Below, piece after piece: positions 1-14,204 of a DNA stretch of 64,000 nt. Source of the stretch: Octopus sinensis (Eukaryota); contig NC_042999.1 of the NCBI RefSeq assembly GCF_006345805.1, positions 30,752,001-30,816,000 on the forward strand, given 5' to 3'. Under the pieces are notes generated by a model, which was not told where the DNA came from, did no database searches, and was given only the letters and a program-made list of their open reading frames with translations. Within the stretch, counting starts at the first letter, position 1; the number at the start of each line of letters is the position of its first letter. The position numbers and the translations under genes are program-made.

Positions 1-851
1 AGGGTACGTCAAAAATTGAAGGTAAAACGTTTGGGGTGGTAGTTATAAAGAAAGTTTAAACCCAAAAAGTATTCGAATAACTTGCGGCTGCAGCAGCTAT
101 TAGCAGAAGTGGCGGTGTTGGGGTAAAGTCTCGAATGTAATTTCTTCCTGGTAGGAATTGGTTGGATCGAATTATCGATAGCTAAAAAGGTCAAGTTGCG
201 TCCCCTAGACAGTCTGGTTTGTGTTTAATACACAAATTTGTTTGCTATGTGTGCCACATATGATTAAATTAACCGATTTTTTCCAATAATGTATCCTATT
301 GGAATAAAAAGGGCTATATAGCTCCTTGGAGCAGACATGATGCTCGTTGTGAAAAAAAAAAGATTCCTGCCAATTTGTGAAAGATATTGTCGAAAATATG
401 TCATCTTGAATTTGAACGCGATTTCCCAAAATGGCATGATTTTATCGATTGTTTCTGATGGTAAGGTATTGCATGGAAAACTAACGTCAGAATTGAGTTT
501 CTTAGGGTAACATTAAGCTTCACCATGAGTTTGGTGAAAATCGATTGCAAGTTGTGAAAACTACCATAGTTATGCGTTGCATAAAAAAAGCTTAGATTCT
601 CGAGTTGCGTCCCCTAGACAGTCTGTGGTTCATGTTTATGATTCTCGACCCCATGTAAAATTTATCAATTTTTTTCAGAACTGGGGGAACTTTTCAAAAT
701 TTTCGCTTCGTTAGTTTTGAATTATGACATTGGGCTATGTGTGTGTCAAGTTTCATCAGAATCGGTTGAAAGCCTTGGTCAGGGTGAGGGTACGAGAAAA
801 CAGACACACAGAAGCACGCACAGACAAACTGCCGTTTATATATAGAGAGAT
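1..851 (+). mobile_element. Non-autonomous Helitron/Helentron-like (HINE/DINE-1-type) element, 3' part
   Basis: Ends in aagtttcatcagaatcggttg...cagacacacagaagcacgcacagacaaactgccgtttatatatagagagat. A subterminal CA-rich stretch plus a TTTATATATAGA terminus is the architecture I recall for Helentron-associated elements. It also has an internal 23-bp direct repeat (194-216 and 603-625). Confidence 0.5.
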
Positions 852-1860
852 ACTCAGAGCTTATTTTGCTGGGTATGATGGGGGGTATAATGGAATATGT
901 CAGCTGTCCACAGTCAGCAGACTAAGCAATACCGATTTCTGTAGGTGTTCTACCTTGACACTTGCTCCGGTCTTTTTCAGTCATGTTGAAAGTTGAGTGC
1001 TTATACTTCCAGGTGCACCAATTACTATTGGTACCACGACTCCTCCGGTGGAATTTGAATACAGAAACTAAATGCGAACGAAATGCTGCTAAACATATTC
1101 CCCAGCATGCTAACGATTCCCGCAGCTTTAGGCTTAACAACAACAGCAAATTATATGATGCACTCTTACTCAGGCAAGCACGCTTCCAAACGCATACATT
1201 CACACACACACATATAGGCCTACATTGTTCACGCTGTTTCGTTCAAAATTATCATATGCAAGCTGAAATGCCGTGAGGATAGAAATGAATGTCGGAAGCG
1301 AAATCTAAATTTCTAGAACAATCATGAGAGAACAAAATGAAATAATCTCAAAGTTGGTTGGAATATATCTGGAACGGTGAATAATATGTTTTAAAATGAC
1401 TTCATCGTTTTCATAGCGCCAATAGCGTCGTGGACAGTTTAACAGGATATTAAGGGAAGTACATTAACTATCTTGGATTTCATTTATTTCATTACAGAAT
1501 GCAAACCAGGGTCACCAACGTAAATCTAGTGTTGGCCGTAGAAGGGTTAATAAATGTAGTTCATCTAATATTCTTCATTTATGTTCAATCCTGCTTCGCC
1601 TGCACACTCTCCACTCTCTCTACTTCACAATTCTTTTCTTCCTTAGTCTTCTTTCGTTTTCTTCTTGTTGTGTTCGCATTGATTCTTTGTTTTGTTTTCT
1701 ATTCGAGATTTTGTTTGTTTTCAGTCTCTCTTTACTGTAGTTGCTGTTGCTGTTGTCCTTGTTGTTGCCAGAGATCTATGATGAATGTCTGTAATGTAAT
1801 GAAGAATTTATTCAAGTGTTTTTCGCCAGCAGACTTGACGAGATTCAGAATCGATTTTAC

Positions 1861-1941
1861 ACAAACACACACGCACCCACACACATACACACACACATAC
1901 AAGCATCTACATATGTATACATGTTTTATATATATAAATAA

Positions 1942-1983
<42 letters not shown>

Positions 1984-2100
1984 GTATATATAAATGTAAA
2001 CATGTATTTATACGCATATATGCATACGCACTATATCCACGCATATACATACACGTATATATTCAGGCATACTTACATGCACACACACACTCATATATAT

Positions 2101-2147
<47 letters not shown>

Positions 2148-2430
2148 CATATACCTATATATATACACATTCATATACATGCATATATAAGATGTATATA
2201 CATATATATATATATGTACAGGTATATATATATACAAATATATATACATATATATATATTTATATATTTATATGTACAGGTATATATACATATACATATA
2301 TATATATATATACATCTATTTATACACACCTGCACATATACAAATGCATCTATGTGTATATATATATTTATATACATAATACATACACATATATACATAC
2401 ATATATATATATATATACGTATGTATATGT
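1861..2430. repeat. Compound (AC)n/(AT)n/(ATGT)n microsatellite
   Basis: Directly visible dinucleotide and tetranucleotide runs; source of the YI/HT-rich ORFs. Confidence 0.95.
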
Positions 2431-2858
2431 GTATACGTTGTGATAGTGAGGTCCCTGATACCGTAGCCATCACTATTTGCATGATGTATCTAGGGAGCAT
2501 CAACCATTGAAAAACAACTTCTGGCCATACACGAAGGAAAACAAAATAAATGATCGTCCATAGGATTAATTACTCTCTACTTCAAGGGCAAACGGATAGT
2601 TAGGTAAGTTTAATGCCAGTAATTTCCATTTTATACCGTTATATATATTTATGTTTGCAGTTGTGATAAATAGGTGAGTTTCATGTATAAATAATGCGCA
2701 AAAATATTGGTCCACATTGGAAGAGGTATCACATCTTCCGTTCTTTAAAGGCTATTTATATATCTTACTGAAAGATTATTTCCCATTTTCTTCTCCTTTA
2801 TGCATTTATTATAGTGCTTTATATTTTCCTTTTCTAATATATTCAAACAATGTATGCA

Positions 2859-3022
2859 ATAGGAGTAGGAGTGGTTGTGTCGTAAGTAGGATGCTTGCTA
2901 ACCACATCGTTCCGGGTTCAGTCCCACTGCGTGGCACCTTGGGTAAGTGTCTTCTACTATAGCCCCGGGCCTACCAGATCCTTCTGAGTGGATTTGGTAA
3001 ACGGAAACTGAAAGAAGCCCGT

Positions 3023-3071
<49 letters not shown>

Positions 3072-3083
3072 TATATATTTATA

Positions 3084-3114
<31 letters not shown>

Positions 3115-3329
3115 ATGTTTGTGTGTCAGTGTCTGTTCCCCAACATCGCTTGACAACCGATGGTGGTGTGTTTACGTCCCCGTAAAGTAGCGATTCTGCA
3201 AAAAGAGACAGATAGAATAAGTACTAGGCTTACAAATAATAAGTCCTGGGGTCGATCTGCTCGACTAACGGCGGTGCTCCAGCATAGCCACGGTCAAATG
3301 ACTGAAGCAAGTAAAAGTGAGTGAAAGAG
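2859..3329 (+). mobile_element. tRNA-derived SINE family A, full length, with internal (AT)n/(GT)n tract
   Basis: Head gtggttgtgtcgtaag...gggttcagtccc, body ccttgggtaagtgtcttctactatagcc, tail gtcaaatgactgaagcaagtaaaag. Aligns by eye with copies at 15871, 21497 and 61067. Confidence 0.9.
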
Positions 3330-6300
3330 AATCATATATATACACCATACACGACTTACCTAGATTTAACAGCTGCTTCCTACTGCGAAGATTCTAGTCA
3401 TAATCAGTGCATATTTCTTCATTAACTATGCATTTTAATATGATTTCAATGGTAATCCGCTTGCCACCCACACTTGTACTGTCATTGCCAGTTTTGCATA
3501 TATAACGCTAGACTTCTGCCTTCACAAAGGGTTGATATTAATGAAACTTGTTCAATTTGACCACCCACAGCCTCCTCCCCACATCCTACACTCTAGTGCC
3601 ATCTACATATATCCTGAGCGCTCCGGCACTACTTTATGGAAATTTTTGTTCATTCATTAACACAAACGCACAACAGGTAGCAATTGCTATTCAACCGATA
3701 ACGAAAGATCGTTATAACTGCATTGCGGTTCGCTACATATTTGCCAATTTCCTATATCTATAACTACTTCCTGTTTCAAGACTGACCACACACCAGCTTG
3801 CCCTTGCAATCTGATATCAGCATATTTCAAGTGATTTTCCTATTTTAGAGAGCTGAATGGATGTTTAGTTTGTTGCTGTTGCCAGATTGGAGAATATAGA
3901 GACCACATCCTAGATTGCAAGAAAGCATCATAAGTCACTTCAAACTATCTTCCTCGACCTTACAAAACCATATCAAAACACACGAAATGATACAGGTTCG
4001 ACTCATCGACAAAAATTCCCTGACACTCTACTACCCTTCGACGATCTGTCTCTTAATTCTTTCTTTACCACCATTAAACACAGAATAAATATCGTTTTCA
4101 CTCATGAACATACCATTCTCCCTCCTTTCCAAAAGGATTCTTCTTTATTTTCATTCAGAGATTCTACACTAAATATTTTACACCAAAATAACTTTCAATA
4201 TCCACAATCTTTTAGTATACTTTTCTGTCACATTTTCCTGAATATGTAGATCTATAATCTGAACACCAATGATATTATCCGCATTCTCTCTGATGCAACT
4301 AGTAAAAAAAACTACTGTCACTGCACCGTTTTCTGAAAGGTGTTAATAAAAATTGATAGAAGGAACTTCTACGCGGTCACACGAGCTACCTGATATATGT
4401 AGCAGCACGATGTCACTCGTTTCTCAGTATGGTTTATGCAAAGAATCAATAAATCTGTCAGATAGTGTCCTAGATGCACTTTCTGTAGTAATAGAAAAAT
4501 GCAATTGTCTCGCTAAAACTTCGCTGCATATAAGATTGATCTAAGCTAAATGCCGACATGTCAATAAGATAAGCTCACTTTAGTGCGTTTCGAACTTAGC
4601 TGCATTTGGCCAATGCTCTTAGTAACCTTTGTAGTTAAATGTTTACATAAGTATTCTGTGTCACCATGACATTAATCGCAACAATTTCTCTCATTATCAT
4701 CAACTTGTTGACTATCTTTGAAGTATTGCATACTGGCGTAATGCAAAATATACTTTAGCTGTTATATTGAATTAGCTGAAAACCAACATTAACTAGACTA
4801 TATTAATATATTGCAATTCTAAGTAATAATGTAGTGACAGCCAATTTACAATTGTGCTGTGTATTGTTCAGGCGAAAGTTAAATCTGTACTTTCAAAAGA
4901 TTTTGTGCGAGGCTATCTGTCCAATATAATTGAATGAACCGCAATATTGCAGCGTTATTATGGTTTGCTTAAATCATGCTCAATACTACATTTGTTATTG
5001 TTACGAAGTATATGGATTATAATAGAGACTTTTAAGATCACAGCAGCTGCCAAGGTGAATTTACTTGTTTATTCGACCTGCTAAAAATAGACAAAATCGC
5101 TTTCAAATCGCACACTACCATTATATGCTTGGGCAATGTAGTACCTCGAATGTCTTTAAAGGTAGACCTTCTCGTTAAGGACTGGCCTGGAACACAAAAT
5201 AGCACCAAAAGTAAAAATAATACCTATACGCATTTCTCTAACGCATTATTTAAGCTGTGTAATTTCATAACATATATGTATGAAACTCGACTAATTTTGA
5301 GAACTTGGATTACCAACTTATCCTATCACAGACCCTCAATACAAATTAGTTGCAAAATGCATCACCTTACCAGCTCCAGTTATACTGCCTGTCTAGTGAT
5401 CACATAGACACACCCCAGCATAACCGCTGTCTAATGTTTGAGACAAATACAAAGAAGAAACATTACAGTGAAACAAAATTTATTTTTCATTGTATGTCCA
5501 TCTTTAAAACATTCTGTAAAATTGGCACAAATATGAATGTTGCGGTATTTTTATAGTTCTCGCGACAAAAGAAGGCTATCAGAAAGTTGATGCGATACCG
5601 AACTGAGGTTATTTCTGGATTCAGAGGCCAAAAATTAGTCAAAAACAGCATCAGATTTAACCCAACGAAAATTTTGCTCTCTAGTGTTATTGGTACAACT
5701 ATGTTCATAACAGCATGATAGTCAACATAATTGTCCTCCTCTTTCTTCTTATCATCACAACCACTTCCAACATTACTATCCCCCACTAATACTAACACCA
5801 ATTCCACCACAAAGACTACTGTCAGAACAACCACCGCTACTACCATCATTATCAAATTTTTTCAATGTTTAAATCTTTATTTGAAATACTTTAATGTTCT
5901 TTTGTAGTAAATTCAATCACTTTCAGTTCCCTTTTTCGATTTCTCTGCCAGTTTGTTTATATTAGTCTTTCACTCAATCTCTATATCAACTGTTATCATT
6001 CCTTCTCTTTCTCTCCCTCCCTCCCCTCTCTCTTTCTCTATTTTTCTCTCTGCCTGTCAGCCAATGATTTTTCATTATGTTTTTCTATTAATCATTCGAT
6101 TTGTTTCCCTCATATTTAAAACCTCTCATTCACACACCCATCATTTATCTCCTCCTTCTCTAACTCCCTGTACGTTCGCATACACACAGAACGCCATTCA
6201 TTTTCGTCGTATCTGTAAAAGAAAACTTTTATCTGTAAACACGGGATTTCTAACACATTCTTGATGCTTCATAATTAAACATCATGTTGTTGTGGACTTC

Positions 6301-6462
6301 CATGGACGTTCCTTGAATGTTACACAGGGAAACATTCCTAACATTTCCTACGCTTAATATTTGATTTCTTGAAATTCTAATTCATGTAAGAGATATTTTT
6401 TATTGATTTCTAAATTTTTCTGTAATGACTTATTTATTTCTTTATTTATGGATTAATTTCAG

Positions 6463-6577
6463 TAATAACATCATGTTTCTGCTGTGGCTACATCTCAATT
6501 CATCATCTTGGAATCAATTTTGCCAGAATTAATGAGGCATTTACTACAGCAGAACAACAATGTGGACTTAGTATAAC
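6463..6577 (+). CDS. Candidate internal exon, product unknown (ITSCFCCGYISIHHLGINFARINEAFTTAEQQCGLSIT)
   Basis: Acceptor ttaatttcag, donor gtaatc, open frame in unique sequence. No homologue recognised. Confidence 0.22.
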
Positions 6578-9500
6578 GTAATCATTTGATTATATGACAT
6601 TATGTCAAATTGTTATTGATGTGTATATACATATATGCGTGTTAGTGTATGTGCATATGCATACAAACATTCGCACATAAACTTGCACAAGATTGTGGAC
6701 TAACGAGTTACAGCATGAAACATATTTTTTCACTCGTCACGGCCACTCAATATCTAGTTTATACTATTATCAGTATTATTATTTTTACTGCTAGCTGTTT
6801 ATGCCACTGATACAGTTGATAAGATCAAATATGCTCTGACCACGTCTATATCGGTGTATTTTCCAGAAAGTGCATGTCACACCATAATATACAATAATAT
6901 GTCCAACCATTCTCTTTATTATAAGACGATATGTGTTATTTAAAGACTGGTTTTCTACTTCTGAAATGCCGCGCAACAACATATATACTCTCATATAGAA
7001 CCCGTCGTAAACACGGTTTCCTTGATGTATTTGCTAACTAAAAATTGGAAACCCTCTTTAATTGTGATTTGCCATCAAATTATCAGTCCTTGCAGCTATT
7101 ATTCATGTGATTATCACAGCAAATATTGCTTAAATTTCAGTAGAAACAGAGGACTCGTAAGTTTTAGTTTGCTCAGAGAGGGTTAAGCAATTAATTGTAG
7201 CCGTTAGGGGAGTAATTCAAAGAATCACCATCACACAATATTCAAAGTAAAAACATGGCAAAACACGATCTTCGTCTTCCTCTTCATCGTCTTTATTATC
7301 ATCGCTCACAACAACATTTAGGTATAAATTGTACTCGAGCAATCTGTAAACACTTCGTATATGTCCTTAATTGACAATCATTTTAAGCATTATTAAGATA
7401 GAAATAGTTTAGTTCGTCACAATACTTGCCAGAGATGAAGATAATATCAATTATAAACGTATTAGCAACAATAACACACTTCAGACATTTAGAGATCGGA
7501 TCGAGTTAGACTTTCCTATTAAAATGTGGCTATTCAAATTAAGAGTCAGATGTAATGATTTATATAAGAACATCTATTCTACTTCTGCAGCAAAAGAAGG
7601 ATTGAACACCACTCCTATCGCCAGTAACCACATTAGTATTTCAGTTCAGGCTCTGAATAAAAGAGTCTTATATCTCTATCATGTTGCTCTTATTCATACG
7701 TACATACATACATATAAATGTGTGTGTTATCCTCGGATATACTTCCTAACTGACAACAGGATACAAAAAGCTAACGTCACTTCTGTCTTTGTTAACAAAC
7801 TATCTCAGTCAACTAAATGTGGATCTGAATGATAGTGTTGTCGCTGAATATACCCAAAAATCATTTCTGATTGAGAAAATCTATTTGATGAAAGAATTTC
7901 AGTCGATTCCATCTCATTTTGTTTTTCATTTCCTTTTCATTTGCATCTTGAATAACGTTGTCCCCTCGTATTCTTCCCATTTTTAAGTCAATGAGATATA
8001 TGATTTGAAAGGTGTTTGGTTTCTTGTTGCAGCAAGACGAGCTATCACATACAGACTCCCTCGTTAGTCTGTCTGAATGGCCTTTAAATCACTTCTTCAT
8101 TTGTGCTACGATTTTTTAAATAAAATGTTTTCATTCTTTTAATATTTAGAAAGTCATTCAAATGTATAATATGAAACAAGATGAAACGAAAATGTTCTTT
8201 AATATTTACGGTTTGTTTTTCCATGATAGCTAAAGGAATTTTTTAGAAAATTCTTTATGGTTCATTTGATTCCCTTTCTATATCGATAACAATTTTCCAA
8301 AGAGTTTGGAGCGCATATTTTTGTATAGAATCATAAGTTTCTTTACAAGCACGAAAAAATATAGTGGTAAGAACAGGAATGGCATAGACTCTGTTTTCAC
8401 TCTTCAATAATTAATTTATAAATATTATAAACAGAAATAAAAATAAACCGTAGTAAAAAGAAAATAAAAAATGCTCCTTCTACTATTCCTTGGATACATC
8501 AAAAACATTGAATAGCATGAAAGGAATTGCCCATGTAAAAATCTTACATAATATTGGACATAACTGATATGGTTTCTTCTCATTTCAGCACGCGAACATA
8601 ATAGCGTATCAAACGAACTATAATCTTTCAATAGGAAACGTTCACACCTGTTTCTATTAAATGTTTAAATAGTCTTATCTTAAATGAGCTGTACTTTCAA
8701 CCTGTTTTCCTATTTGCTTTTCTTGTTTTACATATTTTTGTGCACGAAAATTCTATTAAATTCAATAACAAGAGAATGTTTGCAAACAAAATATTATACA
8801 TGTCCACATATTTGTGCGTGCCTGTATCTCTGCGTGTGTGTCTGTGTGTGTCTGTGTGTATATGTACTTAGTATTTATATATGTATACTGATATATTCTT
8901 ATATATAAATATATGAACGTGTATTCTTTATGTGTGTATATATGACTGACTGTTGTGTGATATATATATATAAATTATACAAATATATATATATATACAT
9001 ACATATACAGAGAGCGCGAGAGAGAGATTAAATGTATACACATGTGTTTTTCTCTCTGCATGCGTGTGTACGGTGGAAAGCGTTCAAGCAAGCAATCCTT
9101 GATGAAGTGTCGTAACTGTGTCTGCAACACTAGCGCATGGTGACTAAAGTGTTCATGGTATGTCACAGGGTCAAATATGGAGAAAGACGGACAGATTTCT
9201 AGCTGAAAAATTATAATGTAAAGAAAACTACCCTGCTTTGACGTCTATTAGTGTGCGGGTAAAAATACTTAGTATACCTAAAATCTTATGTGTATAAGAA
9301 TTACTATACAGATAGATATGTATACATATGTGTATGTGTGTTTGTGTGTGTGTGTGATTATGGGTGTGTATGCGTGTGTGTGTTCCTATAGATTTGAGAG
9401 TAGGTATGTAGTGGAATATAGTTGGATAGAAAGAGAAACAAATAGATATATAGAGACAGACAAATACGCAAAAGGACAATAATATTTGATCCACCATACT

Positions 9501-9659
9501 ATGGATCAATCCGTCTACCATGTCCTCTCTTATCTAATTATATTCATATTACCTGTATGTATCTGTATATCTATTTATATCCAAACATATACATGTGTAT
9601 GCGCATGGGCGTGTACACAAGTGCATAACTGTGAGTTGCATTTGTATGTCTATATATGT

Positions 9660-9840
<181 letters not shown>

Positions 9841-10143
9841 TCTCTCGTCCCAAGCGCACACACACTTATCCTTCCGTTCATATATTTCTTCTGTTTTGTA
9901 AATCTATTTTCATATAATTGTCTTCGACGCTGCATGGGTTAATAAATTGGTTTGTTCAATAATATTTTATTTATTTATTTCTATTTTGTGTTTCATCTTT
10001 CTATGTTAAAGTATTGAATGAATTCACTTATCATGTTTCTTCACTTCAGAGCCTACCCCACTTTTTCACTCGCTTGTTTTCCTAGTTTCTCATAATCTTT
10101 TCCATTTCACTTTTTCGACTTTCTCCCTGCCCCTCTCTCCCAC

Positions 10144-10147
<4 letters not shown>

Positions 10148-10205
<58 letters not shown>
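10148..10205. repeat. (TC)n microsatellite
   Basis: Directly visible. Confidence 0.95.
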
Positions 10206-10207
<2 letters not shown>

Positions 10208-10489
10208 TTCTTTTATGAGCCTACTTTCGTCTGTACTCATGCTTCCAAATATATGATGAAAACTTCCTTGAATGTATCAACGAGGTATCTCTCTTCCAGA
10301 CATCACTGTTTCACTGTAAATTCATTAGCCTCTTACTGGAAGACGTAATTGGCAATCATACCGAACCATAATTCCAAACATTTTTCAGGATAATGTGGTA
10401 GTTTTGTACTAAGGAATTTGCCTTTATATTTTTCTTTCAATATGGTCACAGTTGTTCTTTTATTTAATCTGATTTGATCTGGTTAACTA

Positions 10490-11770
10490 AAGGTGCATTT
10501 GTGCTCATAATAAAGTAGAGTCAGGTTTTTGTCAAGCCTCCATAACATTCATTCATGAAGTGATATCAAATGTATTCTTAATCACATTGCACTGCCTCTG
10601 CAACTCGGAAATCCCAATAAGATAGTCTCTTCGAGTCATTCCTAATGTTATGTTTAGTTTCTGTTGATCATTTTGCATATCTATTTTCGACATTGAAAAT
10701 TTCATTATGTGTGATAGTGTTTCTATTGTGACAAATTTTAGTGCCAGGCCAGACATTTCGGGATCGGGTTAAGTGTATTAAAACCAACAACGCGTTATGT
10801 AAGCTCAGTCTTCCAAGCAGCCATACCACTTTCTAGAAACTGCAAAATGTTAGCTGGAATACCAAAAACCTTTCCAAACATTCTACTATCAAACCAAGTG
10901 GCACCATGGTAATCGATTCAAGCAATGGCAAGGATTTTGAGCCTTCTTTCACAATCTTAAGGATCTTGTATCAATCAATAATTCATTTTAATCCCCTTGT
11001 TTCTTCCCTTACAGCCAGGTGGTCTTCAGATAATGTCTCCTCCAAATATTCAGTCATTGATTCAGCAATGACACCTGCCATAAGCATCCACATAAGGGAA
11101 AAAGCAAGAGATAGGTCTAAAGTTATCATTTGCTTTTTCTATACCGGTATCCATCAAACACAAGATCGTTCACCAAAAGGTTAGCCAATCTAGCAACCCC
11201 TCTTCTCCATTCAATGTTATTCAGTTGCACAGCAATTTCCATGTGGAAGTCCCTCAGCTTTTACAATCAGATTTCTTGTACACCATCTCTGTCGGGTGCT
11301 TTCCAACTTATTGGAGATTTACCAAATGTTATCCCTGATTCTTCCTGTTGATTATCTCCAATGCCAATTTTTATGTTTTGTAAGCCACTCTAAATTTCTG
11401 TTGTGCTCTTTTCCTACTCCCCGGACATCACTTTAATACTCTTTACTTTTATCTGCATCAGGGGTTACTTCATCAATCCTAACGGTGCTATTCCTCTCTT
11501 CAGGAATTAAATAATTCTTTTCAATCGCCATCTCAGAAAGCAATCTCTTTTTTGCTTATTGCCCTTGCCTGATCACAAATTCTCTGTTCAGTTGGCTCAA
11601 AAGCCATATCTCCAACTATTCCTGTAACATCGTTTGTCCATATCCTCTAATTGGCACACAGTTTGCATTCACAGGCTTGCTTTTAAAGTAATACTCCATT
11701 ACAGCATTGTTTACATCTTTACTCCACTTCTAACAGTACTATGGTGACGAGCGGTCTGCGCTTCCCATAC
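10490..11770 (-). mobile_element. Decayed R4/Dong-like non-LTR retrotransposon (N-terminal region to RT)
   Basis: Minus-strand translation across frameshifts gives KWSKDVNNAVMEYYFKSKP, TEQRICDQARAI, WKAPDRDGVQ and NFRPISC. These match the N-terminal and RT motifs of R4-clade LINEs. Confidence 0.75.
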
Positions 11771-11789
11771 ACATTCCATCGTCCAAACG

Positions 11790-13915
11790 AGACACATACC
11801 TAATGCGCTTGCAATGATAGGAATTATTTCTGTTTTTAGGCTCCACTTTCAAGTTCACTATATTTTCAGATCTTTGTATTTCGAAAATTTCACCGTTTCT
11901 TTTAGAGAACTGTTGTCATCTGTTGATATTGATATATCGATTGGAAAGTACTATTTTTTCTTGGTGATCTCTGACAACTATATCCAGCTTATTGGCCTTA
12001 ATGTTTTCTATCTGTGTTTATTGTCATATCCCAGAGAATGGTGGCTTTCTAATTTATTTTATATGACCATTTTCAGGAGTGTGCATATACGATATTTTTC
12101 TTTTCTGATTGCATAGTGTTTACATGGCTTCGACATGTCTATGAATATAATCTTTCTTAGCCAAGAAAATATGAGTTATTGTTTCTTCTCCATCACCACA
12201 TATTCTGCATTTACTTGTATTTCTCTTCATTACGTGTTTTGGGTAATTTGTGGTGAGAAGGCTTTCATCTTATGCTGCAATTAAGAATCTTTCCGTTTCT
12301 GTTTTAAGCCCTGAGCTTCTCAAACATTTGGAGGATTTTGCTTTGTCCATTTCCTTTTTATTTAGCTTACCCCAATATTTGTATTTGCCATGCAGGGGCT
12401 TTTCTTGCCTTTGTTTTATCATGATACGCTGTTGTTCCAGTTATAGTTTCAATTTCAGTTATTTTACAGCCTTTGCTATTTCTTTCCCTTCATAGATGTC
12501 TGGTACTATGACCTCCTTTTTGAATTTTTCAGCCTCATTAAATATAGAACACAGCTTTTTGTTTTGCTCGTATTTTGAGGACATTTGTATCAGTTTTTCT
12601 TTTTCTGACTATTTTGAATAGATCATTTAGAGACTAGTTGAAATATCTGTACCTTATAACTGGGACGGCTAAAGTGTTGATACTTATCTTCTTTTTCGCA
12701 TTCAGCTCTGTTTTCCATATTAATCTAAATCGTATATCGCGTTCCTTCCTTGTCTTCTCTTTCATTTGTGTATGTTATATCGTATCTAGTTCATTGATAC
12801 CTAAGTATTTGTATGTCTGGCTTTGGCATAATTCTCATATTTCATTTGTTTTATCTAGAGTGATGTTGTTACTCTTAACTGGTTTTCCTCTTTTTAAGGT
12901 TGCATTGACACATTTTTCTCAGAAAAAATTCATGTTTATTTTTTTGTAAATTCATGTACTGTCTGTAATAAAGCTTCCATCTGTTTATCTGTTTCTAGTA
13001 ACGTTTCCATCTGTTTATCATTTGTAGCATACAGTTTTAGATCATCCATAAACAAAAAAGTGGTTGATTGTTTCCCTGATTACTGTATCCCCATCGAGTT
13101 CTGTTTAGCATGTCAGATAAAGCTGTCAATGCCAAGCAGAAAAGGAGTGAAGAGAGCGTGTGGCCCTGGTATATTTCTCTTCTGATGGGGATGCCTTTGG
13201 ATGTTATGAATCCCTTTTTTTCTGGAGTTGTAGCCATTCTTCCAATTTATTCATGGAATGGTTTATGTATATTATGATTATTGGTGCTACCTTGTTCATG
13301 GCTAGTATTTCTAGAATAGTATTCCCCCATACTATCAAGAACCTTTCGATAATTGATACAGGCCGCACATAGACCTTCTTCATTCTTCAGCTGGCTTCAG
13401 TTAGAGCTTTGTTGATCTGTAGCTGATCTTTACAACCGTATGAGACCTCACATCATTCCCTCTGCTCTTTTGGAAAAAAGGTTGTTTTCTCCTCTTCAAC
13501 ATGTTTGCCCATTATCTGTGATATTATTGCAGTAAAAGCTTTGTAAATTGTAGCGGGTGACAAGTTATCGGTCTGTACTGTAGTGGATTTGCCGTTTCAG
13601 TGGGCTTGGGAATTAGGATGGTTTTCCCTTCCGGGAGCCATTCAGGCATTGTCTGTTTTTTTTTCATTTTTTGGTATCTCATTATATTGCTCAGCCACCG
13701 TTTTATGCATTCTTCTCAGATATTCTTACTAGAAATTGAGAATCTTGTGCCTGAGTGCCTTCCATTTGATTAGCTTTTGCAGTTTTTTTTTTGGTGGGAG
13801 GGGGTTTAGTTTTAGGAGAGTCTTCAGGAGTTCTTCAGGCGCTGTGTTTGTTATATTGATAGATCTTTTCTGAGGTTGTTCATTCACCGACCATATTTCT
13901 TTCCAAACTATTTCC
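11790..13915 (-). mobile_element. Decayed R4/Dong-like LINE (RT plus REL endonuclease)
   Basis: RT motifs IRREIYQGHTLSSLLFCLAL and FMDDLKLYA (about 13030-13055). C-terminal WDMT..TDRK..ANK.DIVVRD..KFSKYKDL..ALGM is the restriction-like endonuclease region. Confidence 0.85.
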
Positions 13916-13919
13916 ACTT

Positions 13920-14002
13920 CTTCTTTTTCTTCTTCTTCTTCTCTTCTTCTTCTTCTTCTCTTCTTCTTCTTCTTCTTCTTCTTCTTCTTCTTCTTCTTCT
14001 TG

Positions 14003-14050
<48 letters not shown>

Positions 14051-14112
14051 TATTATTATTATTATTATTATTATTATCATTATTATTATTTTAATATTAT
14101 TATTATTATTAT
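13920..14112. repeat. Compound (TCT)n then (TAT)n microsatellite
   Basis: Directly visible; separates an R4-like element from a Tx1-like element. Confidence 0.95.
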
Positions 14113-14204
14113 TTGTTCATACCACTTCTTTACTCTTTGCAGGTTGTGATTTCCTCAGAGCTCCCAATGGATCAATCTTGTTACATTGTCATATCGTCTT
14201 TTGT

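Noticed and set aside
1531-1550. gaagggttaa, a possible piggyBac-type TTAA/CCCT terminus
   Set aside because: No matching opposite TIR was found upstream, and the motif is short enough to occur by chance.
1499-2510. Long ORFs rich in Y/I/H/T/C/V, here and at many other (AT)n/(AC)n loci
   Set aside because: They are translations of dinucleotide microsatellites, which lack stop codons.
9070-9205. Minus-strand exon-like segment LEICPSFSIFDPVTYHEHFSHHALVLQTQLRHFIKDCLLERFPP
   Set aside because: Strong acceptor but weak donor (gtacac) and no recognised homology. It shows that pseudo-exons occur on both strands.
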